From Marispirochaeta sp. (GTDB lineage: Bacteria > Spirochaetota > Spirochaetia > JC444 > Marispirochaetaceae): DNA of 64,000 nucleotides. Positions 38,923 through 48,898 of this stretch are shown piece after piece. Position 1 is the stretch's first letter. Each line of letters begins with the position of its first letter. The stretch covers positions 736,001-800,000 of the forward strand of contig CAXXFF010000003.1 in NCBI GenBank assembly GCA_963676835.2, read 5' to 3'. The notes below the pieces were generated by a model, which ran no database searches, was not told the origin of the DNA, and worked only from the letters and a program-made list of their open reading frames with translations. A program made the position numbers and the translations under genes.

Positions 38923-39058
38923 TCGACTCCGCTCAACCACCGCGTATAGGACGCGAAATATTTATACCCACTATTCTATTGTTTTCATTTACTTCGGCGG
39001 GCAGTCCCTGCATGCATCCTGCCTTGTTCCAGCGGTGGTTGAGCGAAGCCGAAACTAC
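38917..39058. repeat. Inverted pair of REP-like elements
   Basis: GTGGTTTCGACTCCGCTCAACCACCGC (38917-38943) and GCGGTGGTTGAGCGAAGCCGAAACTAC (39032-39058), 24/27 complementary. Confidence 0.8.
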
Positions 39059-39068
39059 CTTAATAAGA

Positions 39069-39113
39069 ATAAGTCTGCACATATGAATCAGCATTTCACA
39101 TTTACATACTTTT
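39069..39113. repeat. Degenerate copy of site A (site B)
   Basis: ATAAGTCTGCACATATG-N11-CACATTTACATACTTTT; 39092-39113 matches 37593-37614 at 21/22. Confidence 0.75.
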
Positions 39114-39127
39114 CAGATCATGCCATT

Positions 39128-39167
39128 AAAAAAAACCGCCTCCGGGAACGAAGCCCCGAAGGCGGTT
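39128..39167 (-). terminator. Intrinsic terminator after the E1 gene
   Basis: A8-CCGCCTCCGGG..CCCGAAGGCGGTT. Confidence 0.8.
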
Positions 39168-39194
39168 ACTATTAAACCAGAAAAGATTACGTAC

Positions 39195-41651
39195 TTACAC
39201 GCCTTCCCGGTTGCGGCGGATAATGTCGCCGGTGGTTGCAACTGTGGTGGGAGTGTGTCCTGCCAGGGGCAGAATCCGCTCGTGAACGGTGTCGATAAGC
39301 CACTCTTTCTGGGGGAAGAAGATCTCTTCCATTTCCGCAGCGGGGCTGATCCAGTTCCGGCTTCCCACAACCGCGGGAGGTGCATCCAGATAGTTGAACG
39401 CCAGACTTGTGAGGTTGCTTGCAACATTGTGCATGAAGCTTCCCCGTTCAACCGCATCACTGGCAAGAACAACCTTGCCGGTTTTCTTGATTGACTCAAC
39501 AATAGGTTCGTAGTTGAGGGGGTTGATGAAGCGAAGGTCCCATACTTCGGCAGAGATTCCGTACTTCGCCTCCAGCTCGGCAGCGGCGTCCATGGCCATA
39601 TAGAGAGCAGGTCCGGAAGTACAGATGGTAAGGTCAGTACCGCTTTTGCGCAGTGCAGGTTCGCCTTCGGGGATCTCGTAATACCCCTCGGGAACTCCCT
39701 CTTTCACAAACTCTTCGCCGATACCGTAGAGCTTCTGACTTTCGAAGAAGATAACCGGGTCGGTTCCGCTTAATGCCATGTTCAGCATGGCCTTCGCATC
39801 GTAGGGAGTTGCAGGGTACATAGCCTTCAGTCCGGGAATATGAGCGATCATACTGGTCCAGTCCTGAGAGTGCTGGGCACCGTATTTTGCTCCAACGGAA
39901 ACCCGCACGGTAAGGGGCATCTTGAGAATGCCGGCACTCATGGACTGCCACTTGGAAGCCTGGTTGAAGATTTCGTCTCCAGCACGGCCCATGAAGTCAC
40001 AGTACATCAGCTCGACTACCGCCCGTCCGCCGGAAAGAGCGTAACCTACACCGGCTCCAACGATGGCGCCCTCAGAAATAGGTGAGTTGAACAGTCTGTG
40101 GTAAGGCAGTGCTTCGGTAAGTCCGCGGTAAACGGCGAAAGCTCCGCCCCAGTCACGGTTTTCCTCTCCCCATGCAGCCATGGTGGGATCGATGGAGAAA
40201 CGGTGAAGCATTGCTTCAAACAGGGCATCCCGGTAGGCATAGATTTTTGCACCGGAAAGCTTCTTGCCGTTCTCGTCAAAACCGTAGCGGCTCTTTCTCT
40301 CAAAAGACTGAATGCGGGGATTCTCCGCGTAGGGAATCAGCATTTCGGGCTCACGGTCGTCGAACTTCTCAACCTTTTCGTTGGAGAACATAACAGACTC
40401 GATGAACTCACCGCCAACCCGGGGGCTTATATCCATATCAACTGCAAGTTCAACGATTGCTTTAACCTTCTCTTTAACTTCAGCCTGGACAGACTCGATA
40501 AAGCCCTTGTCAGCAGCCTTGTTATCCAGCAGGTAGGAACCGTATTCAGCGATACAGTCATTAGCTTCCCAGAGTTCAATCTCTTCCTTGGTCCGGTAAC
40601 TGGACGCATCGGAGGGGCTGTGACCGGAGATACGGTAGGTAATGGTATCCATAAGAACAGGACCGCGGCCCTCTTCCAGAATCTTCTTCTTACGCTCGAT
40701 GGCGTCTGCGACCGCAAGGGGATTGTAGCCGTCTACACGCTCGGAGTGCATGTTTTCGGGGTTTACACCGGCACCGACACGGGCAAGTACTTCGTAACCC
40801 ATGGTTTCACCGGCGGTCTGTCCACCCATACCGTAGAAGTTGTTGAAGAAGTTGATCAGTACGGGAGGTGCTCCGCCGATCTCCTTGTCCCAGAGGGTAC
40901 GGTACTGATCCATGGCGGCAAACATCATGCCTTCCCACACAGGACCGCATCCCATGGATGCATCACCGATATTTCCGATTACGATACCGGGTTTGCGGTT
41001 AACTCTCTTGTAGAGTGCAGCACCGACGCTGATGTCGCCGGAACCGCCGACCAGAGCGTTGTTGGGCATGGAACCGAAGGGGGTAAAGAAGGTGTGCATG
41101 GACCCGCCGAGGCCCTTGTTGAATCCATTCTCCTTGGCGAAGATCTCGGCAAGTGCTCCATAAAGAACAAACTTTTCAGCCAGTTCCTTAACAGAACCCT
41201 TGTGGTCTTTCTCGACTACCCGCAGGGTTGCTCCGCCCATGAAGCTTTCCATGATTTTAGTCAGCTCGGCATCGGGCAGTTTGTGTACCGCGGAGAAACA
41301 CTTGGCAAGGATTTCACCATGGGAACGGTGGGAACCGAAAAGCTGGTCCTCTACACCCAGGTTATAGCACTGTCCAACCGCTGCAGCTTCCTGCCCGATT
41401 GAAAGGTGAGCAGGTCCCTTGTGGTTGTATTCAATACCTGCGTAGCTTCCCATCTTCTTGAACTCGTCAAGCATGGTTTCAAACTCGCGGATAAAAAACA
41501 TATCCCGGTAGATGGTCTTGAGGCCATCTACGCCATACTTCTTTTTCTCTTTTTCGAAGTCGCTTGCATAAGCGTTTACGGGGATATCCTTGATTTTCAG
41601 CTTTGAAGGCTTACGGACAACCTTCGGATCAACGGTAATTGACTTAGGCAT
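39195..41651 (-). CDS. 2-oxoacid dehydrogenase E1, fused alpha+beta
   Basis: [29 protein letters not shown]; beta half PISE..IVG..G, GAQHSQ. Confidence 0.92.
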   Translation of the reverse strand: MPKSITVDPKVVRKPSKLKIKDIPVNAYASDFEKEKKKYGVDGLKTIYRDMFFIREFETMLDEFKKMGSYAGIEYNHKGPAHLSIGQEAAAVGQCYNLGVEDQLFGSHRSHGEILAKCFSAVHKLPDAELTKIMESFMGGATLRVVEKDHKGSVKELAEKFVLYGALAEIFAKENGFNKGLGGSMHTFFTPFGSMPNNALVGGSGDISVGAALYKRVNRKPGIVIGNIGDASMGCGPVWEGMMFAAMDQYRTLWDKEIGGAPPVLINFFNNFYGMGGQTAGETMGYEVLARVGAGVNPENMHSERVDGYNPLAVADAIERKKKILEEGRGPVLMDTITYRISGHSPSDASSYRTKEEIELWEANDCIAEYGSYLLDNKAADKGFIESVQAEVKEKVKAIVELAVDMDISPRVGGEFIESVMFSNEKVEKFDDREPEMLIPYAENPRIQSFERKSRYGFDENGKKLSGAKIYAYRDALFEAMLHRFSIDPTMAAWGEENRDWGGAFAVYRGLTEALPYHRLFNSPISEGAIVGAGVGYALSGGRAVVELMYCDFMGRAGDEIFNQASKWQSMSAGILKMPLTVRVSVGAKYGAQHSQDWTSMIAHIPGLKAMYPATPYDAKAMLNMALSGTDPVIFFESQKLYGIGEEFVKEGVPEGYYEIPEGEPALRKSGTDLTICTSGPALYMAMDAAAELEAKYGISAEVWDLRFINPLNYEPIVESIKKTGKVVLASDAVERGSFMHNVASNLTSLAFNYLDAPPAVVGSRNWISPAAEMEEIFFPQKEWLIDTVHERILPLAGHTPTTVATTGDIIRRNREGV

Positions 41652-41663
41652 TTAAGATGCTCC

Positions 41664-43004
41664 TTACTTGATTTCCCAGACAGCATCGCGGATAACTTCA
41701 GCAATGGCCGGATGGGGAAAGATAATTTCCTTGATTTCCTCTACCCGCAGTTCAGCCTCAATCATAGTGGCTACAGCGGGAATCATTTCGGAGGCGACGC
41801 CTCCCATGATATTTACACCCAGAAGCACGCCGGTTTCGGCATGAACCAGGACCTTACACATACCGGGCTCCCGTTTGCCGTACTCAGCAAGGAAACGGCC
41901 GTTGGATCGCATCTGCACGCTGGCGGTTTTTACGGGGATACCTTTGGCATTGGCTTCTTTCTCGGTAAGACCGCAGCCTGAAGCTTCCGGCAGAGTGTAG
42001 AGTGCCCAGGGAATAGCGTTGTAGCGCATTCTGTCCTCTTTTCCGAGGATAGTGTTTACCGCAACCTCCGCCATTCGGCTCGCGGAGTGGGCCAGCAGGC
42101 TGGTTCCGGTTACGTCTCCGGCGGCATATACGCCGGGAAGGTTGGTGCGCATCTTTTCGTCAACCTTGATTCCGGTGCGGCTAATATCAAGACCGGCTTC
42201 GGTAAATCCCTCGAGGTTGGGACGGCGGCCGACACTCATGAGTACCAGATCTGCCTCAACTTCCACAGACTTGCCGTCTTTTTCGTAGGTTACGCCTTTT
42301 TTGGAAATTCCCGTAACCTTTGCGGAAGTGACAAAGTTTACCCCGCCCAGGGCTTTGCGCATGGCCTTGGCAAACTCGTCGTCCATAAGGGGAAGGATCT
42401 CGTCCATCATCTCAACAACAGTTACCTCAACTCCCACGGATGAGAAATAGCAGGCAAACTCAACGCCGATTACACCGCCGCCGATTACTGCAAGCTTTTT
42501 CGGCAGCTTGTCGATAGCAAGGATTCCCCGGTTGGTAACCACATTGTCCCCGTCAAATCCGGGAATCGGGGGTACCGCTGCGGTGGATCCGGTAGCGATA
42601 AGAACGTTTTTACCCTTGTAGGTATTGCCGTCCACAGTGATGGAGCGGTCGGAGTTCATAACCGCAGAACCTTTTACAACCTCTACCTTGTTCTTCTTCA
42701 TCAGGTAGGCGATTCCCGCTCTGAGAGTATCGATGGTCTCCTGCTTCCAGGCCATGGCGGTCTTTATGTCATATTTTGCACCACTGACAGTTACACCAAA
42801 GCGCTCGGACTCCAGGGAGTGAACATAGTGCTTGGCACCTGCCAGAAGGCTCTTGGTGGGGATACATCCGTAGTTGGTACACTCCCCGCCCATTTCATGT
42901 TTTTCTATTAGAAGGACCTTCAGCCCCTCCGCACCGGCACGTTCGGCGGCAATGTATCCGCCGGGGCCGGCTCCGATTACGATTAAATCAAAATCCTGGC
43001 TCAT
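41664..43004 (-). CDS. lpdA: Dihydrolipoyl dehydrogenase (E3)
   Basis: GAGPGGY, GGECTNYGCIPTK, GGGVIG.E, HPAIAE. Confidence 0.95.
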   Translation of the reverse strand: MSQDFDLIVIGAGPGGYIAAERAGAEGLKVLLIEKHEMGGECTNYGCIPTKSLLAGAKHYVHSLESERFGVTVSGAKYDIKTAMAWKQETIDTLRAGIAYLMKKNKVEVVKGSAVMNSDRSITVDGNTYKGKNVLIATGSTAAVPPIPGFDGDNVVTNRGILAIDKLPKKLAVIGGGVIGVEFACYFSSVGVEVTVVEMMDEILPLMDDEFAKAMRKALGGVNFVTSAKVTGISKKGVTYEKDGKSVEVEADLVLMSVGRRPNLEGFTEAGLDISRTGIKVDEKMRTNLPGVYAAGDVTGTSLLAHSASRMAEVAVNTILGKEDRMRYNAIPWALYTLPEASGCGLTEKEANAKGIPVKTASVQMRSNGRFLAEYGKREPGMCKVLVHAETGVLLGVNIMGGVASEMIPAVATMIEAELRVEEIKEIIFPHPAIAEVIRDAVWEIK

Positions 43005-43025
43005 TATTGAGTACTCCTCTTAGAA

Positions 43026-44378
43026 TCAGTCCGCCAGTGCAAGACGGAAGTTGGCGATCTCTGCTGCAACGGCTTTCAGGAACTTGGCTCCCGGTGCGCC
43101 GTCTACGGCCCGGTGGTCGATGGTAAGGGACAGGGCAATATGGGGAACAAAATCAACGCCCTCTGCACCCTGAACCGCCTTAAGGTCGATTCCGCCTACT
43201 CCGAGAATTCCTACCTGGGGAGCATTCAGAACCGGAGTAAAGTGTCCTACACCCATGGCACCAAGATTGGAGATGGTGAAGGTACCGCCGGAGAGCTCAT
43301 CGGGAGTTATATTGCCTTCTACACAGGCTTTTCCGAGGCGTTTTGCCTCAGCAGAAATAGCCTTCAGTGAAAGTCTGCTGGCATTGCGGATTACCGGAAC
43401 CATAAGGCCTTTGTCGGTATCAACAGCAAAACCGATGTGTACATCGCCGTACTCGACAATCTTGTCGGGGAACATTTCAGCGTTCATAAAGCTGTAGGCA
43501 GGAAGAACCCGGCTGACAGCGTAGATAACCATATCGTTCAGGGTTACACCGCCCATGCCCATGGTCTCCGGAGCAGCCTTGCACTGTTTGCGGTAGGCCT
43601 GAAGCTCCCGAGCATCGGCAACGGCATTCATGGTCAGCTGTGCAGTGGTCTGCAGAGAAGCGTGCATGCGTTCTGCAATAACCTTGCGAACACCCTTGAG
43701 GGGGATCTCCCGGTTTTCACCGGCGGGAATATCAACAGCGGATACTACTGCAGCCGCTGCGGTTCCAAGATCGGAGGAGAGGATTCTTCCACCGATTCCG
43801 GTTCCCCGTGCGGGAGCGGTAAGACCAGCTGCAATGCCTGCCTTGGCAGCGGGGCTTACTGAAACAGAAGGCTGTGCAGCCAGAACGTCTTTTTCGATAA
43901 TCCGTCCTCCGGGGCCGCTGCCTGCAAGACCGGCAAGGCTTACGCCCTTATCCGCTGCCGCTTTCTTCGCCCGGGGAGATGCAAAAACAGTTCCGTCCGG
44001 AGCTGCTGCCTGAACCGGTGCTGCCGCTGGTGCCGGAGCCGCTGCGGGTGCTGCCTCTGCAGCAGGTGCTGCAGCCGGTGCGGGTGCATCTGCGGGAGCT
44101 GATGCTGCTCCTGCGGGAGCCATGGAGGAAACATCCTCGCCGGCAGTACCTACGGCAGCAATAATAGTAAGAACAGGAACATCATCCCCTTCTTCAAAAA
44201 ACCGTTTAACCAGAACACCATCTGCAGGTGCTTCAATTTCAAAGGTGGCTTTGTCGGTTTCTACTTCACAGACAATATCGCCGGTGGAAACCTGGTCGCC
44301 TTCGTTTTTACGCCATTCCAGGATTACGCATGATTCCACGCTGTTACCCTGGCGGGGCATTAAAATTTCAGTAGCCAT
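43026..44378 (-). CDS. Dihydrolipoamide acyltransferase (E2)
   Basis: Lipoyl ETDKA, Ala/Pro linker, ASPRA E3-binding domain, GGTFTISNLG, DHRAVDG. Confidence 0.95.
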   Translation of the reverse strand: MATEILMPRQGNSVESCVILEWRKNEGDQVSTGDIVCEVETDKATFEIEAPADGVLVKRFFEEGDDVPVLTIIAAVGTAGEDVSSMAPAGAASAPADAPAPAAAPAAEAAPAAAPAPAAAPVQAAAPDGTVFASPRAKKAAADKGVSLAGLAGSGPGGRIIEKDVLAAQPSVSVSPAAKAGIAAGLTAPARGTGIGGRILSSDLGTAAAAVVSAVDIPAGENREIPLKGVRKVIAERMHASLQTTAQLTMNAVADARELQAYRKQCKAAPETMGMGGVTLNDMVIYAVSRVLPAYSFMNAEMFPDKIVEYGDVHIGFAVDTDKGLMVPVIRNASRLSLKAISAEAKRLGKACVEGNITPDELSGGTFTISNLGAMGVGHFTPVLNAPQVGILGVGGIDLKAVQGAEGVDFVPHIALSLTIDHRAVDGAPGAKFLKAVAAEIANFRLALAD

Positions 44379-44449
44379 GTATACTCTCCTCTTTGTTCTT
44401 TTCTTTGCATATAATCAAACACAACCGCCGACAAACCTCGGCGGGAAAA

Positions 44450-45205
44450 TCACACTCGTTTAACATCAAGCCCTGCATCGGCAAGACGTGCGGCCACCTC
44501 ATCGGACATGCCCGAATCAGTAATGATCCGGGTATAGCCGGACAGGGGCAGCATGCGCACAAAGCCGGAACGGCCGTACTTGGCGGAATCCGCCACAAGA
44601 AAACATTCAGCAGCCTGCAGAGCCATGCGCTTGTTAACCTCGGCACCCTCCACCAGGTGGGTGCTGCTGCCGTTTTCCAGGCTGAAACCGTCGGTTCCCA
44701 GAAAGGCTTTGCGCACATGGAACTCTTCCAGCTCCCTCAGAGCAATGGGGCCCACCAGGCTCTCTGTGGCAGGCCGGAACTCGCCGCCCACCACGGTAAG
44801 ATGGAGCTGGGGATTCATCCGGGCATAGGGAATAAGCAGGGTGGAATTGGTAACCACATGGAGATCCCGCTTTCCCAGCAGAAACTTTACGATCAGCGCC
44901 GTGGTTGTTCCCGCCTCGATCATGATGGTATCCCCGTCCTGCACCAGGTCTGCAGCCGCCTTGGCGATCCGTACCTTCTCATCGGGACAGGTCCTGTTCC
45001 GCTCCATAATACTGGAATGAAACACCGGCATTGCCCCGCCGTGGGTACGGACAAGAAAACCTTTCTCCTCAAGAGAAGAGAGATCGCTTCTTGCGGTAAC
45101 CCGGGAAACAGAAAGCTCTTCGGCCAGAGCGGCAACACTTACAGAGGCATCCTCCGTAAGCAGGGTTAATATCTGCCGTTCTCTTTCTGATAATCCCGAA
45201 TCCAT
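44450..45205 (-). CDS. DeoR/GlpR-family regulator
   Basis: TARSDL..LE..G...RTHGGA, EAGTT, VVTNS, ADSAK. Confidence 0.93.
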   Translation of the reverse strand: MDSGLSERERQILTLLTEDASVSVAALAEELSVSRVTARSDLSSLEEKGFLVRTHGGAMPVFHSSIMERNRTCPDEKVRIAKAAADLVQDGDTIMIEAGTTTALIVKFLLGKRDLHVVTNSTLLIPYARMNPQLHLTVVGGEFRPATESLVGPIALRELEEFHVRKAFLGTDGFSLENGSSTHLVEGAEVNKRMALQAAECFLVADSAKYGRSGFVRMLPLSGYTRIITDSGMSDEVAARLADAGLDVKRV

Positions 45206-45270
45206 ACTGTTCCTTTCTACTCCCTACTACTGTTACAGATTGGAAAACCTGTAAAATACTGTCTAAAAGC

Positions 45271-45335
45271 TTCGCTTTTATCTTCGTATTACTTTCGATT
45301 ATATTTCGTTTCAGTTTCCATGACAAGTATATTCG
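45271..45335. promoter_or_regulatory. Helically phased TTCG repeats (putative DeoR operator)
   Basis: TTCG at 45271, 45283, 45294, 45305 and TTCC at 45316, upstream of the DeoR gene. Confidence 0.55.
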
Positions 45336-45431
45336 CTTTTTTATTGGTTTTCTTACGGCAAAAAGAGGTAAAAAGAAAGACAAAAGGGGAAAATCCTTAT
45401 CCCTGGACATTCGCGGCGGTCTTTCTCCCGA

Positions 45432-45640
45432 CCCTCATCCCCGGCACCTCACTGCAACTTTACTACCGGCACTTATTCCCGACCTTTCGCGGCAAGTTTT
45501 CTTTCGCCCCTCATCCCCGGCCCTCGCGGCCACCTTTCTCCCAACCCTCATCCCCGGCCCTTCTCCCAGAGGGAGAAGGGAGAAAGAAAAAGATGCGTAT
45601 CCCCACTCTCCCTCAGAGAAATGGGGGGGAGTATGAGGAG
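45432..45640. repeat. REP-like cluster (CCCTCATCCCCGGC x3 plus CCCTTCTCCC-AGA-GGGAGAAGGG hairpin)
   Basis: Copies at 45432, 45508, 45545; hairpin at 45558-45580. Confidence 0.75.
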
Positions 45641-45790
45641 AAGGGCTGCCGCTGCTTAGATTCATAAAAGTTATTTTCAACACCCGGGACCTGTTCTATA
45701 ATTCCTGCAGAACGATTTCTTTCAGCCTGACCGAACTCGGGGTATACAGTGAAATCTGAATAAAACTATTTCTGCAACGGTGACTAAGAG

Positions 45791-47278
45791 ATGAGAAACA
45801 ACAGATTTCACACTATGAATTATGCACTTGTCATTTTATTAACAGCCCTTGTATTTGCCGGTTGTGCCGGCACTCCTGCCCTATCTTCCAGCTCCCCGGA
45901 TGAAAACATGCAAAAAGCAGAAGCCCCGGCATGGCTGAACAGTCCACCGGCTGAGGAAGGCTATTTCTACGGCATCGGCTGTGGGCTGGATGTCTCTGAA
46001 GCCAGACAAAAATCAATCGTAAATATCGGCCAGCAGTACCGCACCCATATCTACAGTGCCATTGAGAACAGCCTTAAAAGAGGCGACACCTCAGAAAAGG
46101 CGATGCTTGAATCGGTCAATCACCAGATAACCAGCCAGGAGGTGGTTGGTGCCAAAATTTTTGACCAGTACACCGACACTGGAGGAACCTGCTGGGTCTT
46201 AAGCCGGGCACCTCTGGACTGTGCTCTCGATACTGCAGAAGGGGTCATTCTCAGCTACAGCCTGGATATCAAAGAGAAAGCCTTCAACACTGAATCAATC
46301 ATCGAAACACTGGAAGTCAACCTGGAACAGGCAGGGAAGAACTATGAGATATACCTTCAGGATGAATCCGTAAAGATTCCCCCCATGATGATCAGCGTTG
46401 ATGGCAATATTGAGGACTGGGGAACGATCCGGCCTTTTATTTCTGATCCTGTCGGTGATTCCAGTGGAACTGTCGGAGGTACCGACATTGAGGGGATCTA
46501 CTTTGCCCACGACGGGAGTTCATTGTATCTGCGCTATGATCTGGCAGACGGCAGACCTGGAAAGAGCGGTCTTTTCTATGCAGTAGGCCTGAGAGATAAA
46601 AACAGCTCCTGGGAGCGTCTTCTCTTTACTCAGTACAACGGAGGCTGGTCAACCGGCATCGATATGAAAACTGACAACCAGGGGCACCACAAAATGGTTT
46701 CACAGGGAACTCTCAGTTTCCGGGACGGCCATATTGAAGCGGAATACAGCCTGAAGGACCTTGAAATTCCTCCCGGGACTCAAATAGAGGTGCATGCATG
46801 GCTCGACCCCAGCGGGCAGGCGTATGACATGACCGGATCCCGGCAGATGTTGATTGACCCTGAACAGTCCTACTTCGTCTACCAGGGAAGGATTCATGGA
46901 AAGCAGGTTGCAGGTATGAGTTTTTCGCCGAAAGTACAACTTACAGGCGACAGTCATGCCCCTTCCGGGTTGAGTCTATACTCTATAACTAATACCGTGA
47001 TGCTTGTAGACGGTAGTGATGAACGCATTGACCTACGGTTTACTCCGGAGTCACTCAAGGTTGGAGAAACAAACCGTCTTTCTCTGGGCTCCAGAAAATC
47101 GTACTACTTTATTGGAAGCAGTATTATTCAGAAAATTGAAGGGTATAGCGGCAACGAAGCCGCCGGAAATATTTTTCTTGAAAGCTACGACGGCAACCGG
47201 ATCATCGGCAACTTTTCACTTATATCGAACGACAAGAAAAGCATTGTACAGGGGCTGTTTAACGTAGTACTGCCGTGA
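45791..47278 (+). CDS. Lipoprotein: LPP20-like N-domain plus DOMON/CBM9-like domain
   Basis: Lipobox FAGC; PAWL...YFYGIG; ISVDGNIEDW...DPVGD...DI.....DG.SLYLR. Confidence 0.6.
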   Translation: MRNNRFHTMNYALVILLTALVFAGCAGTPALSSSSPDENMQKAEAPAWLNSPPAEEGYFYGIGCGLDVSEARQKSIVNIGQQYRTHIYSAIENSLKRGDTSEKAMLESVNHQITSQEVVGAKIFDQYTDTGGTCWVLSRAPLDCALDTAEGVILSYSLDIKEKAFNTESIIETLEVNLEQAGKNYEIYLQDESVKIPPMMISVDGNIEDWGTIRPFISDPVGDSSGTVGGTDIEGIYFAHDGSSLYLRYDLADGRPGKSGLFYAVGLRDKNSSWERLLFTQYNGGWSTGIDMKTDNQGHHKMVSQGTLSFRDGHIEAEYSLKDLEIPPGTQIEVHAWLDPSGQAYDMTGSRQMLIDPEQSYFVYQGRIHGKQVAGMSFSPKVQLTGDSHAPSGLSLYSITNTVMLVDGSDERIDLRFTPESLKVGETNRLSLGSRKSYYFIGSSIIQKIEGYSGNEAAGNIFLESYDGNRIIGNFSLISNDKKSIVQGLFNVVLP

Positions 47279-47284
47279 TCTTCC

Positions 47285-48028
47285 TCAATAAAACCCCAGA
47301 GAAAACATAATCACATCTTCCGGTATCAGGTAGCGGGGTCCGCCCCGCTCCGCACCGGTATAGCCTCCGAATATCCAGCCTTTGCGGCCTTCAGCGTCTT
47401 CCATCAGGACCCAGCAGTCGGTCATGCCGTCTATAGATTCGGTTTCCACCGTGAGCCCCAGGGTGCGGATATTCACCTGGGGATTGTCCGCGGCAGGTTT
47501 CAGCTGAAACAGAACGGTACTGCCCTCAAGGCCTGGAACATCCCGCACATTGAGCACTTCCCAGACAGCAAGCCCCTGCACGAGCTTCCGGACGGTCCAG
47601 CTTTTTCCACCGGCATCAATATGGTCGATAATTGCCCAGGTATCATCCCCATAGGGGTCCCGGTTACTGTAGAGTATCCAGCCGCTTTCTCCGGTATCGC
47701 AGGTAATGCTCAACCAGGCCAGGGTTTTATCTTCAGAAAGATCTGTTCGCACAAAAATACGGTCGATATCGATAAAATCACCCAACTCAAGGGTATGCAC
47801 CTGCTGGGCTCCGGAAAAACCGGGGGAGTTCCAGACGGTACGGTTAACCGAATCCGCAAGATCTCCAATTTCGACCCGCTGAACATATTTGCGAACAATG
47901 ATTTTCTCATTACCCGATTGGGATTCGGAGAAGATGGTGCCGTTGCCGTCGGCGTAATCGGGGGTGTCAGCGAAGAGGATAAAGGCAAAGAAGAGCAGGA
48001 TACAGGCAATAAAAAGCTTGTGATTCAT
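47285..48028 (-). CDS. Secreted protein with SH3-like domains
   Basis: Signal peptide; LNVRDVP, W...GRKGWIFGGY. Confidence 0.65.
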   Translation of the reverse strand: MNHKLFIACILLFFAFILFADTPDYADGNGTIFSESQSGNEKIIVRKYVQRVEIGDLADSVNRTVWNSPGFSGAQQVHTLELGDFIDIDRIFVRTDLSEDKTLAWLSITCDTGESGWILYSNRDPYGDDTWAIIDHIDAGGKSWTVRKLVQGLAVWEVLNVRDVPGLEGSTVLFQLKPAADNPQVNIRTLGLTVETESIDGMTDCWVLMEDAEGRKGWIFGGYTGAERGGPRYLIPEDVIMFSLGFY

Positions 48029-48185
48029 ACACTATGACCTTTCTGATTATTATTTTCAAATTGGATTTTATCTGTTTGTATTATGATGTGGAATGTGAAA
48101 AACTATATTTCAAATAAAACCTTTTTACCTTTTCGTCGATAGCATCAACCGCAATGCTTCCTATCCTGAAAACCGGAATCGGATA

Positions 48186-48431
48186 TTACTTCATACTGGA
48201 ATGAATCATATAATGCCGCAGGATTCTATTGATACGGGTCTGGTATCCGGGACCGCTGTTCCTGAAGAATTCAATCAAGTCTTCATCAAGCCGGATTGTA
48301 ACGGAAATCTTGTTCGGCTGCTCAATGACTGCATTTTCCCAGAAGCTGTCGTTAAGCTCAGGTATATCACTGTAATCAATTCTCATCTCACCGACATGGT
48401 CGGCATGCTCATTGTTTCTGGATTTGTTCAT
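48186..48431 (-). CDS. brnA: BrnA antitoxin
   Basis: IDYSDIPEL..FW, VTIRLD..LIEFFR..GPGYQTRIN.ILR; GGAGGT RBS. Confidence 0.9.
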   Translation of the reverse strand: MNKSRNNEHADHVGEMRIDYSDIPELNDSFWENAVIEQPNKISVTIRLDEDLIEFFRNSGPGYQTRINRILRHYMIHSSMK

Positions 48432-48690
48432 AATACCTCCGGCGTTCACGCTCATTTACCTTTCTGGCTGAAATTATCCGGAACCGTTGTCCTCTGCAGA
48501 TATAAACGGCAACAATCACAGTTCCCGAGGCTATCTCACCGACTGTGAGCCACCGGGTCTCACCATAGTCTCTGCGATCATCCTCAGCTGTCAGGCGAAC
48601 ACTGAAGAACACCTCAATTGCAGTTACGAATGAAATACCGTGCTTCTGAATATTGCTGCGGTTTTTGTTCTCATCCCATTCAAACTGCAT
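48409..48690 (-). CDS. brnT: BrnT toxin (ribonuclease)
   Basis: FEWDENKNRSNIQKHGISF, DYGETR, RIISARK...ER. Confidence 0.93.
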   Translation of the reverse strand: MQFEWDENKNRSNIQKHGISFVTAIEVFFSVRLTAEDDRRDYGETRWLTVGEIASGTVIVAVYICRGQRFRIISARKVNERERRRYYEQIQKQ

Positions 48691-48747
48691 TAATAAATTA
48701 TGACAATGTATTTACATTTGTCAATACTTATTTAACATTAACAATAT

Positions 48748-48891
48748 CTACTCCATCGCCTTCCGCCAGCTGCCGTAGCTGCTGATATCCTCAGCGCCTT
48801 CAAGCCCAAGGGGTTCGGCAAGGAAACCGGCAACCAGGCGTCCGTCTTCAAGCTTTATTTTTCCCAATCCCAGAGGAGGCAGTATGCAAAA
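48748..48891 (-). pseudogene. Remnant of the allophanate hydrolase C-terminus
   Basis: Startless frame [45 protein letters not shown], bounded by a stop at 48892-48894. Confidence 0.7.
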
Positions 48892-48898
48892 TTAAAAA

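Noticed and set aside
37568..39113. XerCD pdif or integron attC cassette
   Set aside because: The geometry is 19-11-19 rather than 11-6-11, and there are no evident attC cores and no integrase
40098..41402. Long antisense ORFs (also 31529-32494, 19447-20310, 15976-16833, 10027-10827)
   Set aside because: Shadows of well-conserved genes on the opposite strand with no motifs
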